From the NCBI GenBank assembly GCA_016203225.1, contig JACQNC010000014.1, forward strand, positions 91,715-155,714: a stretch of DNA of 64,000 nucleotides, given 5' to 3'. Within the stretch, counting starts at the first letter, position 1; each line of letters starts with the position of its first letter. The position numbers were made by a program, and so were the translations under genes. Of the stretch, positions 28,993 to 38,422 are shown piece by piece. The notes below the pieces were generated by a model. The model had not been told where the DNA came from. It saw nothing but the letters and a program-made list of their open reading frames with translations, and did no database searches. The stretch comes from Candidatus Woesearchaeota archaeon (GTDB lineage: Archaea > Nanobdellota > Nanobdellia > Woesearchaeales > ARS49).

Positions 28993-29598
28993 GTGTTCGT
29001 CGACGTGCAGAACCTCTACTACTCCGCGAAATTCACGCACAGCGCGCTCCCGAACTTCAGGCCGATACTCGATGATGTAGTCCGCGGCCGTACGCTCGTC
29101 AGGGCGATCGCGTATGTCATCCGCGCCGAGGAAGTCAACCGAGAGGAATTCTTCAACGTCCTATCGAACATGGGTTTCGAGATCCGCGCCAAGGACGTCC
29201 AAGTCTTCGCCGATGGCGCCAAGAAGGGCGACTGGGACATCGGAATCGCGATGGACGCCATCGAGCTCGCGCCCAGGCTAGACACGATAATAATCGTGTC
29301 AGGCGACGGCGACTTCGTGCCGTTGGTTGAACACCTGCGTAGAGCGCTCGGCTGCCGAGTCGAAGCGGCCGCGTACGGCAAGAACACGTCGCAGAAACTG
29401 ATCGAAGCGGTCGACCTGTTCACCGATCTCGACAAGAACCCGAAATACCTGCGCGGCCATAGACCGCACGAGGAACGTCACGGCGAGATAGACACGCACG
29501 CGGTCAAGGCAGTGACTGAGCTACGGACAGAGATAACCAGTGCACCATCTCAACGGCCGAGACAGCAGATGCGCAGGCGCAGACCACAACGGAAGTGA
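28993..29598 (+). CDS. NYN/LabA-like PIN-domain protein
   Basis: VFVDVQN ... IIIVSGDGDFVPLV. GTG start. Confidence 0.7.
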   Translation: MFVDVQNLYYSAKFTHSALPNFRPILDDVVRGRTLVRAIAYVIRAEEVNREEFFNVLSNMGFEIRAKDVQVFADGAKKGDWDIGIAMDAIELAPRLDTIIIVSGDGDFVPLVEHLRRALGCRVEAAAYGKNTSQKLIEAVDLFTDLDKNPKYLRGHRPHEERHGEIDTHAVKAVTELRTEITSAPSQRPRQQMRRRRPQRK

Positions 29599-29602
29599 GA
29601 CC

Positions 29603-29926
29603 ATGTTGAGCATCACATCGCAGAATTTCCGGTCTGAAGTCTTGGGCAGCAAGCTGCCGGTCATAGTCGATTTCTGGGCAGAATGGTGCGGCCCCTGCCG
29701 CATGCTCGGCCCGGTGTTCGAGAAAGTCTCGAAGGACTTCGCAGGCAAGATGACGTTCGCGAAGCTGAACGTCGACACGTCGCCCGAGCTCGCGCAGAAG
29801 TACGACGTGCGCGGCATCCCGTGCATGATCATATTCAAGAACGGCAAGGAAGCAGATAGATTGGTAGGTGCGCTTTCTGAGAGTATCTTGCGCGAGAAGA
29901 TCACGTCTGCGTTGAGAAGCCCTTGA
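29603..29926 (+). CDS. trxA: Thioredoxin
   Basis: WAEWCGPCR. RBS GGAAGTGAG. ATG at 29603. Confidence 0.85.
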   Translation: MLSITSQNFRSEVLGSKLPVIVDFWAEWCGPCRMLGPVFEKVSKDFAGKMTFAKLNVDTSPELAQKYDVRGIPCMIIFKNGKEADRLVGALSESILREKITSALRSP

Positions 29927-30015
29927 TTATGCTTGGTTCTGACGGTGGAATGCCTATCCGTCAAAATTGCTGAAGAAGGTGAAGGTTTTTAAGTCGGTAA
30001 ATCATATTCTGTCTT

Positions 30016-30597
30016 ATGGATGCGAAAGAGATCTTTGAATTGGATTTAAACAAGATTGGTTTTGATCAAAGAATATCTGCAGCAGATGGCAAGAGTAGAG
30101 CTCAACAAGTCTATGTTTGGCTTGCAGGCAAGGTGACCTATGATGATGACCTTGCAATAAAGAAGATGCACGTTGAAGCATCAGGGCCTAATGCTGATCC
30201 GCGTCTCTCGCGTGAAGTGCGAAGCATTCAACGTACTGCGCAACAAGTTATCGAAGGGGGTAAAGGAGTTTGTATCGAGCTCGCAGTTGCCTATGTCGCT
30301 TTGGCCAACATGTGTGGTTTAGACGCACATGTGGCACAGGTCCGCGAATCTTGCTTTGGCGAGAAATTCCACCAGAAAGGTGCACCATGGGGCCACGTAT
30401 GTGCGGCAGTTACTTTTCAGGAGACTATCGCGGTGGATTTAGATCAAGCATATAACAAACAAGGCATAACAATCAATGAAAAACCGAGCGGCTTCCAAGT
30501 GCCCCATCGAAAGCTTGAACGCATGCCACTTGAGCGATTATTGTTTGTATATGACTCTGCAGAAATGTTTGCGCAAATGTACGAAGAATCGGATTGA
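30016..30597 (+). CDS. Transglutaminase-like cysteine-protease-fold protein. The gene is markedly lower in GC than its surroundings.
   Basis: Cys/His/Asp triad context (GVCIELA ... H ... D). Low GC by eye. Confidence 0.45.
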   Translation: MDAKEIFELDLNKIGFDQRISAADGKSRAQQVYVWLAGKVTYDDDLAIKKMHVEASGPNADPRLSREVRSIQRTAQQVIEGGKGVCIELAVAYVALANMCGLDAHVAQVRESCFGEKFHQKGAPWGHVCAAVTFQETIAVDLDQAYNKQGITINEKPSGFQVPHRKLERMPLERLLFVYDSAEMFAQMYEESD

Positions 30598-30625
30598 TTA
30601 AGAAATCATACCTTCTAGGAGGGTC

Positions 30626-31420
30626 TCACGCCGCGAAATACCTGCTCACTAGGTAGATCGCCATCACGCCCACTCCGAACCAGGCGAGCTGGATCAGCGA
30701 CTTCGGGAATTCCTGGTCGTGATGCAGCTCAGGGATGAGGTCTGCGGCAGCTATGTAGATGAAGCCGCCTGCGGCGAACGCCAGCAGCGCAGGTTCGGCG
30801 GACTCGACGGCCTCTGCGTAGAAGAACGCGACCAGCGCTCCGAGAACGGCCGTGAGCGCAGTGAGGAAGTTGTAGAACAAAGCTCTCGTCCGGCTCAGGC
30901 CTGAATAGATAAGGACGCTGAAGTCGCCTATCTCCTGGGGGATCTCATGCAGGATCACCGCGAGCGTGGTGACGACGCCCAATCCGGGATTGACGACGAA
31001 CGTCGCCGCGATGATCACTCCATCGAGGAAGTTGTGCACGCCGTCGCCGAACAGGTTCAGCCAGGCGACCGGCTTCACCTGCTTCGGGTGCCCATGATGG
31101 CCGTGACCTTCGGCGTGATGCGTCTCGCATCTGCCGTTGTGGCAGTGGTACCAATACATTAGCTTCTCGACAACGAAGAACAGCACGATGCCGCCCAGAA
31201 CGAACGAGAAGATAGGCAGGCCTCCATCCGCGGCCACAGCTTCAGGTATGAGGTCGAAGAACGCCGCTGCCAGGAGCGCGCCCGCCGCGAAACTGACGAG
31301 CGGGAACATGAGTTTCTCGATGCGCTTGACGTTGAAGAACAGTAAGAACGCTCCGATGAATGAAACGATACTGACCGTGAAGACCGCCAACAGAATGGTC
31401 GCGAGCGTTGAAAATGCCAT
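30626..31420 (-). CDS. ZIP-family metal (Zn/Fe) transporter
   Basis: HEIPQEIGDF signature and His-rich loop. Confidence 0.85.
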   Translation of the reverse strand: MAFSTLATILLAVFTVSIVSFIGAFLLFFNVKRIEKLMFPLVSFAAGALLAAAFFDLIPEAVAADGGLPIFSFVLGGIVLFFVVEKLMYWYHCHNGRCETHHAEGHGHHGHPKQVKPVAWLNLFGDGVHNFLDGVIIAATFVVNPGLGVVTTLAVILHEIPQEIGDFSVLIYSGLSRTRALFYNFLTALTAVLGALVAFFYAEAVESAEPALLAFAAGGFIYIAAADLIPELHHDQEFPKSLIQLAWFGVGVMAIYLVSRYFAA

Positions 31421-31508
31421 GATACCTCTTTTGCGGGAATGAGCCCTGCAAGATTTAAAAGCGTTGTGGTCGCATAACGTTTAAAAAGGCAGCCGCTGTT
31501 GCAGCCTT

Positions 31509-32171
31509 GTGCTCAAAAAACCGGTGATAGTGGTCAATTTCAAGGCCTATAAGGAGGCCACTGGCGTGAACGCGGTCAAGCTCGCGAAAGTCTGCGACCA
31601 CATCGCGCTGGAGCTCAACGCGAACATCGCAGTCGCCGTGCAAGCCGTTGATCTCTTCAGGGTAGCGGCGGCCGTCAAGATCCCTGTGCTTTGCCAGCAC
31701 GTGGACGGGGTCAACTACGGCCAACACACCGGCGCGATACTGCCTGAGGCGATCGTGCAGGCCGGCGGCGCAGGAAGCCTGATCAACCACAGCGAATGGC
31801 GCATCCCCCTTCCGAACATCGACGCCGCCATAAGGCACTGCAGACCATTGGGGCTGGACGTCATCGCGTGCGCAGACACTCCCGCCAACGCGAAGGCGGT
31901 CGCAGCGTTGAGCCCGTCATTCCTCGCGATCGAGCCGCCTGAACTGATCGGCGGCAACATGTCTGTGTCCGTGGCGCGCCCTGAAGTCATCACCGAGACG
32001 ACGAGCGTAGTCAAGCGTGTCCCTGTGCTGTGCGGCGCGGGCGTGCACACCCGCGACGACGTCGCGAAAGCGATCGAGCTCGGCGCTGTCGGCGTCTTGG
32101 TCTCTTCGGGCGTCGTGTTGTCGAAGAATCCTGAAGCCGTCTTGAAGGAATTGGTTGTGGGGCTGGGATAG
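31509..32171 (+). CDS. tpiA: Triosephosphate isomerase (archaeal type)
   Basis: VVNFKAY, INHSE, archaeal short-form length. Confidence 0.9.
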   Translation: MLKKPVIVVNFKAYKEATGVNAVKLAKVCDHIALELNANIAVAVQAVDLFRVAAAVKIPVLCQHVDGVNYGQHTGAILPEAIVQAGGAGSLINHSEWRIPLPNIDAAIRHCRPLGLDVIACADTPANAKAVAALSPSFLAIEPPELIGGNMSVSVARPEVITETTSVVKRVPVLCGAGVHTRDDVAKAIELGAVGVLVSSGVVLSKNPEAVLKELVVGLG

Positions 32172-32185
32172 CGTTCTACACGTTC

Positions 32186-32290
32186 TCGTCCCAGGCGTGA
32201 TGAGTTTCGCCACGATTGACCTCGCGTTACCGCTATCGATTCTATTCCAATAACGCGACTACAAACCTGCTTGGGCACTTAGCCTGGGGG
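32186..32290 (+). repeat. Intergenic structured repeat, copy E (long form)
   Basis: CGTCCCAGGCGTGATGAGTTTCGCCACGATTGAC...TATCGATTCTATTCCAATAACGCGACTACAAACCTGCTTGGG...AGCCTGGGGG. Confidence 0.7.
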
Positions 32291-32309
32291 AGAAAGCCTG
32301 AGAAAGTCC

Positions 32310-32921
32310 TTACGGGACTTCGACGAATATCTTGTAGATCTTCTTCGTGTACCAGACGCTCAAGTCAGAGTTCGCATCGCACGTGCCGGGTGGCGTCGCG
32401 CCGTATTGAGAGACGTCCCACACGCACACGTTGAACGAGTACGTGCCTTGCGGCGTGGGGGCGTTATCGGCGATGCTGTCGCCCACCACGACCCGGATGG
32501 GAATCGCTTGGTAGTCATTGTTCTTTATCGCGTGCGGGCCAGGCGAGTAAAGCACCCAGTTGTTCGTGATGTAGACCGGAGAGGTCTCCATTATCTCGGT
32601 CTCCTGTGCGTCGAACCCTTTGCTGAACTCCACGCTCACTCCGAACTCTGAATTCCGGCCGAGCACGTTCTGCACGCCAAGCCAGAACGTCGCGCCCTTG
32701 CCGCGCGAAAGACGCGCCTTGTTCAACGGGATCGCTACGATGTTGCCGTCGCGGATGAGAGACACGAGCTGAGCCTCCGTGTCGCGGTCGAGCTCCTGCC
32801 TGAACTCCTCGGTCGTCGTGTAGAACTGGCGCAGGAACCACAACGATCCCGCGAAGATGATGACTGTCAGTATCAGGATGACGAAGAAACCGATGCTCAG
32901 CTCGAAACCTCTTTTGTCCAT
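32310..32921 (-). CDS. Pilin-like protein with class-III-type signal peptide
   Basis: MDKRG|FELSIGFFVILIL: a charged N-region, then a hydrophobic stretch with Glu near its start. Confidence 0.45.
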   Translation of the reverse strand: MDKRGFELSIGFFVILILTVIIFAGSLWFLRQFYTTTEEFRQELDRDTEAQLVSLIRDGNIVAIPLNKARLSRGKGATFWLGVQNVLGRNSEFGVSVEFSKGFDAQETEIMETSPVYITNNWVLYSPGPHAIKNNDYQAIPIRVVVGDSIADNAPTPQGTYSFNVCVWDVSQYGATPPGTCDANSDLSVWYTKKIYKIFVEVP

Positions 32922-32954
32922 GCGTCAAACATCCGTTGTAGGCCTTACATTTCT

Positions 32955-33042
32955 GCCCAAGCACGATTGACGTCGCGTTATCGGCGTCGAATCGACTGCA
33001 ATGAGGCAACTACAAACCTGCCTGGGCACGAGCAGCTTGGGA
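32955..33042 (+). repeat. Intergenic structured repeat, copy F
   Basis: CTGCCCAAGCACGATTGACGTCGCGTTATCGGCGTCGAATCG...CAACTACAAACCTGCCTGGG...GCAGCTTGGG. Confidence 0.65.
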
Positions 33043-33052
33043 AGCAACGATT

Positions 33053-34441
33053 TCAAATGCTTCCCGGGGTTATGAACGTGATCTTCTCCAACGATTTCGT
33101 GAACGTGCCCTTCTTGACCTGGGCGTTCTGTTCGTACGAGTATGCGACGCTCAACGTCACCGTGTGCTGCGCCTCGGGACGCGCGACGAACGTGATGGGG
33201 ACGTCTGCAGTGACGGTCTGGCCAACGGCGTTCAATTCCTGGTTGACGACGACGAACCCCAGCTCCTTGCTGCCGTCGAGGGCGCGCACGGTCTCGATCC
33301 TGACCTTGCTGATGCCTGCCTGGACCTCGTATAGTGTGAATTCGGCGCGCAAGCGCTCCGTGACTGTGTTGAACGGCTTGTTGTACGTGTACCGATTGTT
33401 CAGGTGGAAGATGTTGAGGTTGCGGTCGTCGAACAGCGACACGGGCGTGACCTGGATTCCTGATCGCACCTGCGCGACGCACGCCTGAGACTGGCAGCCC
33501 AGGTCCATGTACTGGCCGGCGCTCCCCGAACAGGGCCCGCAGTCTGCTGCGCAGGTGCACTTGTTCTCGTTTCCGTCGCACTGGAAGTTGCCGCACGCGC
33601 CCGCGATAGGGGTGTGCTCGCAGAAGAACTGCGTCTCCGGCCCGCACGTGTCCTCGGTGCCTGCGTTGCCGTCGTCGCAGTCAGGACAGCCGTAATCGAC
33701 GTTAGGCTTGACCCACAAGAACGTCGTGCCGCGGTACGGGCTCAGGAGTTGGCCTGTCTTGCGCTGCGAAGATATAGTGTATTCGTAGTCGATCTTGAGC
33801 TGAGGATCGGTCACAGATCCCTCGAGGTCAGCCGTGACCAAATCGAGATGCAGGTCGTCGCTCACGGCGGCGCCCTTGCCAGAGAACGGCTTGTTCGCGT
33901 CACTGTCGATCAGGATGACGTTCTGCTTGTTTTTGAGCGCAGAGAGCTCGTAGCCGATGATGCGCACGTCGCTCGCGCCGGTCGCGATGGTGTCGAGCGT
34001 AGTCCGGACAGTGAACGGGTCGCGCTTGAAGTTGAACGGCTGGTTGTAAGTGACAGTGACCTTGAACTGGTTGCCCAGGCTGTTTATCGGGTTGGTGACG
34101 CTCACTGGCTTCACGTTCGCCTGAGGCACGGCGATGCTGCACACCGTGTCATCATTGATGCAGGTCTTCTGCAGAAGCGTGCTGCCCGGAACCGCGCCCG
34201 CGCACGTGCCGCAATCGGCTGCGCAGATGCACTCGTTCTCTGTGGTTTCACACTGGCCGTTCCCGCACGCGCCAGGGATCGGCGTGCGGACGCACTTGTT
34301 GTCGACACAACTGCTCGTGTATCCCTGCTTGTCGCAATCAGCTGCCTTTGCGCACTCCTTCTTTGCGCAGCCGGCGAGTATTATGGCGAAAGCAAGAAGA
34401 CCTACGAACAGTACGACCTTCACACCCTTTTTCATGGTCAT
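33053..34441 (-). CDS. Secreted Cys-rich lipoprotein with internal tandem duplication
   Basis: Lipobox LAGC. Two copies of the module CGNxQC...ENxCxCAADCGxC, each followed by a beta-rich domain. Confidence 0.55.
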   Translation of the reverse strand: MTMKKGVKVVLFVGLLAFAIILAGCAKKECAKAADCDKQGYTSSCVDNKCVRTPIPGACGNGQCETTENECICAADCGTCAGAVPGSTLLQKTCINDDTVCSIAVPQANVKPVSVTNPINSLGNQFKVTVTYNQPFNFKRDPFTVRTTLDTIATGASDVRIIGYELSALKNKQNVILIDSDANKPFSGKGAAVSDDLHLDLVTADLEGSVTDPQLKIDYEYTISSQRKTGQLLSPYRGTTFLWVKPNVDYGCPDCDDGNAGTEDTCGPETQFFCEHTPIAGACGNFQCDGNENKCTCAADCGPCSGSAGQYMDLGCQSQACVAQVRSGIQVTPVSLFDDRNLNIFHLNNRYTYNKPFNTVTERLRAEFTLYEVQAGISKVRIETVRALDGSKELGFVVVNQELNAVGQTVTADVPITFVARPEAQHTVTLSVAYSYEQNAQVKKGTFTKSLEKITFITPGSI

Positions 34442-34471
34442 GCGTTAACAGAGGATGCTATAAAAACTTGC

Positions 34472-34586
34472 TGTTCCGTTGCAGTCCCCGCGTTTCTTCC
34501 CAGGCACGATTGACGTGGCATCATCGGTATCGATTCAATAGTCATAACACCACTACCAACCTGCGTGGGAATCATCACGCCTGGGA
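34472..34586 (+). repeat. Intergenic structured repeat, copy G
   Basis: CCCAGGCACGATTGACG...TATCGATTCAATAGTCATAACACCACTACCAACCTGCGTGGG...TCATCACGCCTGGG. Confidence 0.7.
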
Positions 34587-34602
34587 CAGCAATGTTTTGG
34601 TC

Positions 34603-34929
34603 TCAGTTGAACTTCCCTTCCTTGCTCAATCCTGAGATGGCTGCCTGGAGCTTCTCGGCGTACTTCATCAGGTCCTTCTCCATCTCGTCGACCATCTTGC
34701 CGCACAACGGGTGGTTGGCGTCGGCGGCGTCCTTCTTGTAGTACTGCTTGATGCGCCAGATGATGCTCTTGACGTCAGCGAGAAGGCGGGTCTTGTTATA
34801 ATTACAGTTCTGCATCGCGGTCACCTCTTTCAGGAGGGTTTTAGGAAACGCGCTTATTAAGGTTTCGCGAATTTGGGCGCAGTAGAGAGTCTCGCGCTCA
34901 CATGCTTGCCCCATTATGATCTGCCGCAA
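34603..34929 (-). CDS. Hypothetical protein
   Basis: 108-aa ORF upstream of the lipoprotein gene. Confidence 0.3.
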   Translation of the reverse strand: MRQIIMGQACERETLYCAQIRETLISAFPKTLLKEVTAMQNCNYNKTRLLADVKSIIWRIKQYYKKDAADANHPLCGKMVDEMEKDLMKYAEKLQAAISGLSKEGKFN

Positions 34930-35788
34930 GCATCACGGAAAAGCTTTTATCTTTCCTCAACCAAATCCGCTGAAAAAAGGTGATGTGGTGCGACTCAGAC
35001 AGCTATTCCTGGCAGTGACGCTCGCGTTCCTGCTCGCGCCTCTCGCGCTCGCCCACGAAGGCGAGAGCGAAGCAGCAGAGCTCTTCGAGAACGCGATGGT
35101 CTGGCTGAACTTCGCGGCGGCCGTCGCGTGCGTGATAGTCGCGTTCGCGACAATGAACCGCGCAGGCAGCATCCTTGGTCGTGCATACGTCTTCATCACG
35201 GCGAGCATACTATTCTTCACCGGCATCCGCCTATTCTTTTTCCTAACTGAAAGCACATCAGTTATCGCCGTCACCGAGGCCACGCGCGCGGTCTGGTGGC
35301 ATATCATGTTCTACACCGCGACCGGATTGTTCCTTGCCGCGCTCAACGCGCTACGCACATTCAGGAAAGTGGAACGCACGGACATGACTACGCTCGCGAC
35401 CTTCTTCGCACTCGGCGGCTGGCTCGTACTCCTGTTCGCCCTCGCCATGCCGCTTGACTCTTGGACCGCGGGCTGGTTCGAGGCCACTCTCTGGGACAGG
35501 AGCGGGATCATCCACTTCATCGCGTTCGCGTTCATCGCGTACACCTGGTGGATGCTACTAAGCCTGCGCAAGACCTTCGGAAAGGTCGTCACCGCGGCAT
35601 CGGCGTCATTCCTGGTCTCGCTGGCGTTCTTCGGGTTCGTGCACCTCTGGGAACTGCTGGGCGAGAGCTGGAACGTACTCCCGTTTTCGAGTGAAGTCAT
35701 CGAACTCGTCGAAGGCCCGTTATTCCTTGTCGCGCTAATCGCATTCCTTGCAGCACTCTGGAGGATCAGGTCAGCCCTGCCTAAATGA
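34916..35788 (+). CDS. Polytopic membrane protein (start uncertain; GTG at 34985 or 34988 would give a cleaner signal peptide)
   Basis: Multiple TM helices. 4-nt overlap with the next gene. Confidence 0.5.
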   Translation: MICRKHHGKAFIFPQPNPLKKGDVVRLRQLFLAVTLAFLLAPLALAHEGESEAAELFENAMVWLNFAAAVACVIVAFATMNRAGSILGRAYVFITASILFFTGIRLFFFLTESTSVIAVTEATRAVWWHIMFYTATGLFLAALNALRTFRKVERTDMTTLATFFALGGWLVLLFALAMPLDSWTAGWFEATLWDRSGIIHFIAFAFIAYTWWMLLSLRKTFGKVVTAASASFLVSLAFFGFVHLWELLGESWNVLPFSSEVIELVEGPLFLVALIAFLAALWRIRSALPK

Positions 35789-36300
35789 CCATGGAACAGC
35801 TATTCGACGATTCCAACGTGACATTGGTGCTCATGAAGGAGCGCGATCTCGCAGGCCAGACGAAGCAGGTCGTCAGCCAGTTCAGCGGCACAAAACGCAT
35901 CTGCGTGTTCGCCATCGCCAAACCGGCGGCAGCTCTCGCGCGCGAACTGAAAAGCGCGGGCATCAAGGACGAACAGCTCTATTTCGTCGACGCAGTGAGC
36001 AAGTGTGCGGGGGTCAAGCCGTGCAGCAGGATAGACGCTATCGAGGACCTCACAGACATGAGCATAGCATACACCGAAGCCTTGCGCAAAGGCTGCGATG
36101 CGGGATTGCTCGCGGCGCTGGCCGTGCTCTTCTCCTATGTCGATGAGGAGACGTTGATCAAGTTCATCGCCGCGCTATCGCAGAAGACCAGGGCCCAAAA
36201 TACGCGCTTGGCTATACTCACGCTCTGGGACGAGAAAACGCATCCAGTTCTGCGCGAGGCCTTCCCATTCATGGACAAGATCCTGGACCTTCGCGCGTAA
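35785..36300 (+). CDS. Hypothetical protein
   Basis: ATGA overlap with the upstream membrane-protein gene. Confidence 0.4.
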   Translation: MTMEQLFDDSNVTLVLMKERDLAGQTKQVVSQFSGTKRICVFAIAKPAAALARELKSAGIKDEQLYFVDAVSKCAGVKPCSRIDAIEDLTDMSIAYTEALRKGCDAGLLAALAVLFSYVDEETLIKFIAALSQKTRAQNTRLAILTLWDEKTHPVLREAFPFMDKILDLRA

Positions 36301-36365
36301 TCTTTATAAACCGATACCCTTTTAAGCAAGTCCAGCTACCCGCATTTCAGAAAGAGGTGACCCGC

Positions 36366-36992
36366 ATGAATAAGAAGGCAGCGCTCGAGCTGTCCATCAA
36401 CGCGATCGTCGTTCTCATCCTAGCAATCACAATCCTCGGCTTGGGAATCGGCTTCATCAGGGGCCAGTTCGGCGGCCTGAGCGAGCAGTTCACACAGGTC
36501 AGGGCCGAGATCAAGGACCAGCTCATCACCAAGATCCGCGAATCGGGCGACCTGCTCGTGTTCAACCGCGCCGAGCTCGAGGTGGCGACGGGCAAGAAGG
36601 ACACGTTCTACATCGGGGTCAAGAACACGGAAAGCAACCCTGACGGAGACACCGTCTGTTACCAGATAGGCGTCAAGTGCATCCGCTCACTGAAATCGGA
36701 CAACTCCTGCACGCCGGACATCCAAGGCGACGCGGGCAACAACATCGTCGTCGGCGGAAAGGTCGACGGCCAAGGCGCGGACCAGGTAACGTGGTTCCAG
36801 GTGTTCGACACCGTCGACATCAAGAATCTCGACGTCGGCGTCTATCCAGTCACGGTGCAGATCGCGAAGGGCAAGCCAGACACGTACGCGATGGAGATCA
36901 TCGTGGCGAAAGACAGCCAGAACGGCGACTGCAGCCGTGGCGGCGTGTTCACACGCTACCAGAGCAAACAGTTCTTCGTAGTGCTCTCCTGA
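36366..36992 (+). CDS. Pilin-like protein with class-III-type signal peptide
   Basis: MNKKAALELSINAIVVLILAI, the same ELSI motif as the gene at 32310-32921. RBS AAGAGGTGA. TATA 36303-36310. Confidence 0.45.
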   Translation: MNKKAALELSINAIVVLILAITILGLGIGFIRGQFGGLSEQFTQVRAEIKDQLITKIRESGDLLVFNRAELEVATGKKDTFYIGVKNTESNPDGDTVCYQIGVKCIRSLKSDNSCTPDIQGDAGNNIVVGGKVDGQGADQVTWFQVFDTVDIKNLDVGVYPVTVQIAKGKPDTYAMEIIVAKDSQNGDCSRGGVFTRYQSKQFFVVLS

Positions 36993-37000
36993 GGAAAAAC

Positions 37001-37228
37001 ATGGCACACCACAAGATGAAGCGGCGATTGTCGTCCAGCGAGGAGTTCGAGGTCATGAAGCTCGTGCTGGACAAATTCCTCTGGCTCGGAACTGCCTTCC
37101 TCGCGTGGGGACTCTACACGGTGCTGACCGCGGATTTCGCGTCCGGCATGTACCGTATCCTCATCGGAGCCTTGCTGTTCATAGTCTTCGCGGGCATCAT
37201 CGTCCGCGAATTCGAGATGATAAGGTAA
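37001..37228 (+). CDS. Small membrane protein (75 aa)
   Basis: RBS GAGGAAAAAC. Two TM helices. Confidence 0.4.
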   Translation: MAHHKMKRRLSSSEEFEVMKLVLDKFLWLGTAFLAWGLYTVLTADFASGMYRILIGALLFIVFAGIIVREFEMIR

Positions 37229-37248
37229 AGGGTTCTTCATTTCTTTGC

Positions 37249-37388
37249 TTTCCCGTTGCAGGCCTGCTCGCGCCCCAGCGTGATGAGTTTTGCCACGATT
37301 GACGTCGTTTTATCGGTGTCGAATCAATAGCGATAACACCACTACAAACCTGCAGGGGTAGCTGTGCTTTAGCTCATCACGCTTGGGA
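37249..37388 (+). repeat. Intergenic structured repeat, copy H (long form)
   Basis: CCCCAGCGTGATGAGTTTTGCCACGATTGACGTCG...GTCGAATCAATAGCGATAACACCACTACAAACCTGCAGGGG...CTCATCACGCTTGGG. Confidence 0.7.
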
Positions 37389-37441
37389 ACGTGGGTGCAA
37401 GGAGCATAACGCATTTATAGCACTGATTCAGGCTCACAATT

Positions 37442-38422
37442 ATGCGCATCGTGGTCACGGGAGGGGCGGGGTTCATCGGCAGCAGCGTCTGCGGCGCGCT
37501 CGTCCGGCGCGGCGATGAGGTCGTCTGCATCGACAATTTCAACGATTACTACGTCACATCGAGCCCGGACGGTCGCAGGTTCGCGTCACGCAAGATGAAC
37601 AACATCGCGTCATTGCGGGACGATCCAAGTTTCCATCTCCAGACCCGCGACATCACCGACCGGCTCGCTATGGAAGCGACGTGGCCCCGTGCCGTCGACG
37701 CGGTCGTGCACCTCGCCGCCCGCGCAGGCGTACGCGCATCTTTCGATGACGTCTCGATCTACGAACAGACGAACGTGTCCGGCACCAGCGACGTCCTGGA
37801 AATCGCGTTCGCCCATAGCGTGCGAAGGTTCATCATCGCCTCATCATCATCCGTCTACGGAACGAACGAGAAAGTGCCGTTCTCCGAGGACGACCCCACA
37901 GAACGCACCATCTCCCCCTATGCGATCACCAAGAAGAGGATGGAACAGGACTGCCGCGCATTCCACGACGCGCATCCCGAAACGCGCATGACGCTGCTCA
38001 GGTTCTTCACGGTCTACGGGCCTCGCGGTCGGACAGACATGGCTCCCTACAGGATAGTGGACCGATGCTCACGAGGCGCGCCTTTCGAGCGCAACGGAGA
38101 CGGCACGATACTCCGCGATTTCACGCACGTCAGCGACATCGTCGACGGATTGATGCGCGCGATAGACACGCCTTTCCCGTTCGAGACCATCAATCTCGGC
38201 AACAACCAACCGATCGCGCTGAACCAGTTCATCGCGATCGCGGAACTGATCGTCGGAGCGAAACTCAGGATCGAACAGAAAAACGCCCAACAAGGCGATG
38301 TGCCCATAACTTATGCGGACATCTCAAAAGCGCAACGGCTCCTCGGCTGGCAGCCCGCGACGACCATCGAACAAGGGATCGCGAACCTGGTCGAGTGGTA
38401 CAACAGGAATCCCGAGCCCTAA
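37442..38422 (+). CDS. NAD-dependent nucleotide-sugar epimerase/dehydratase
   Basis: VTGGAGFIGS Rossmann motif, YxxxK. Confidence 0.85.
   Translation: MRIVVTGGAGFIGSSVCGALVRRGDEVVCIDNFNDYYVTSSPDGRRFASRKMNNIASLRDDPSFHLQTRDITDRLAMEATWPRAVDAVVHLAARAGVRASFDDVSIYEQTNVSGTSDVLEIAFAHSVRRFIIASSSSVYGTNEKVPFSEDDPTERTISPYAITKKRMEQDCRAFHDAHPETRMTLLRFFTVYGPRGRTDMAPYRIVDRCSRGAPFERNGDGTILRDFTHVSDIVDGLMRAIDTPFPFETINLGNNQPIALNQFIAIAELIVGAKLRIEQKNAQQGDVPITYADISKAQRLLGWQPATTIEQGIANLVEWYNRNPEP

Noticed and set aside
33614-34513. 299-aa + strand ORF
   Set aside because: It is antisense to the Cys-rich lipoprotein gene. Its translation is Arg/Ala-rich, low-complexity.
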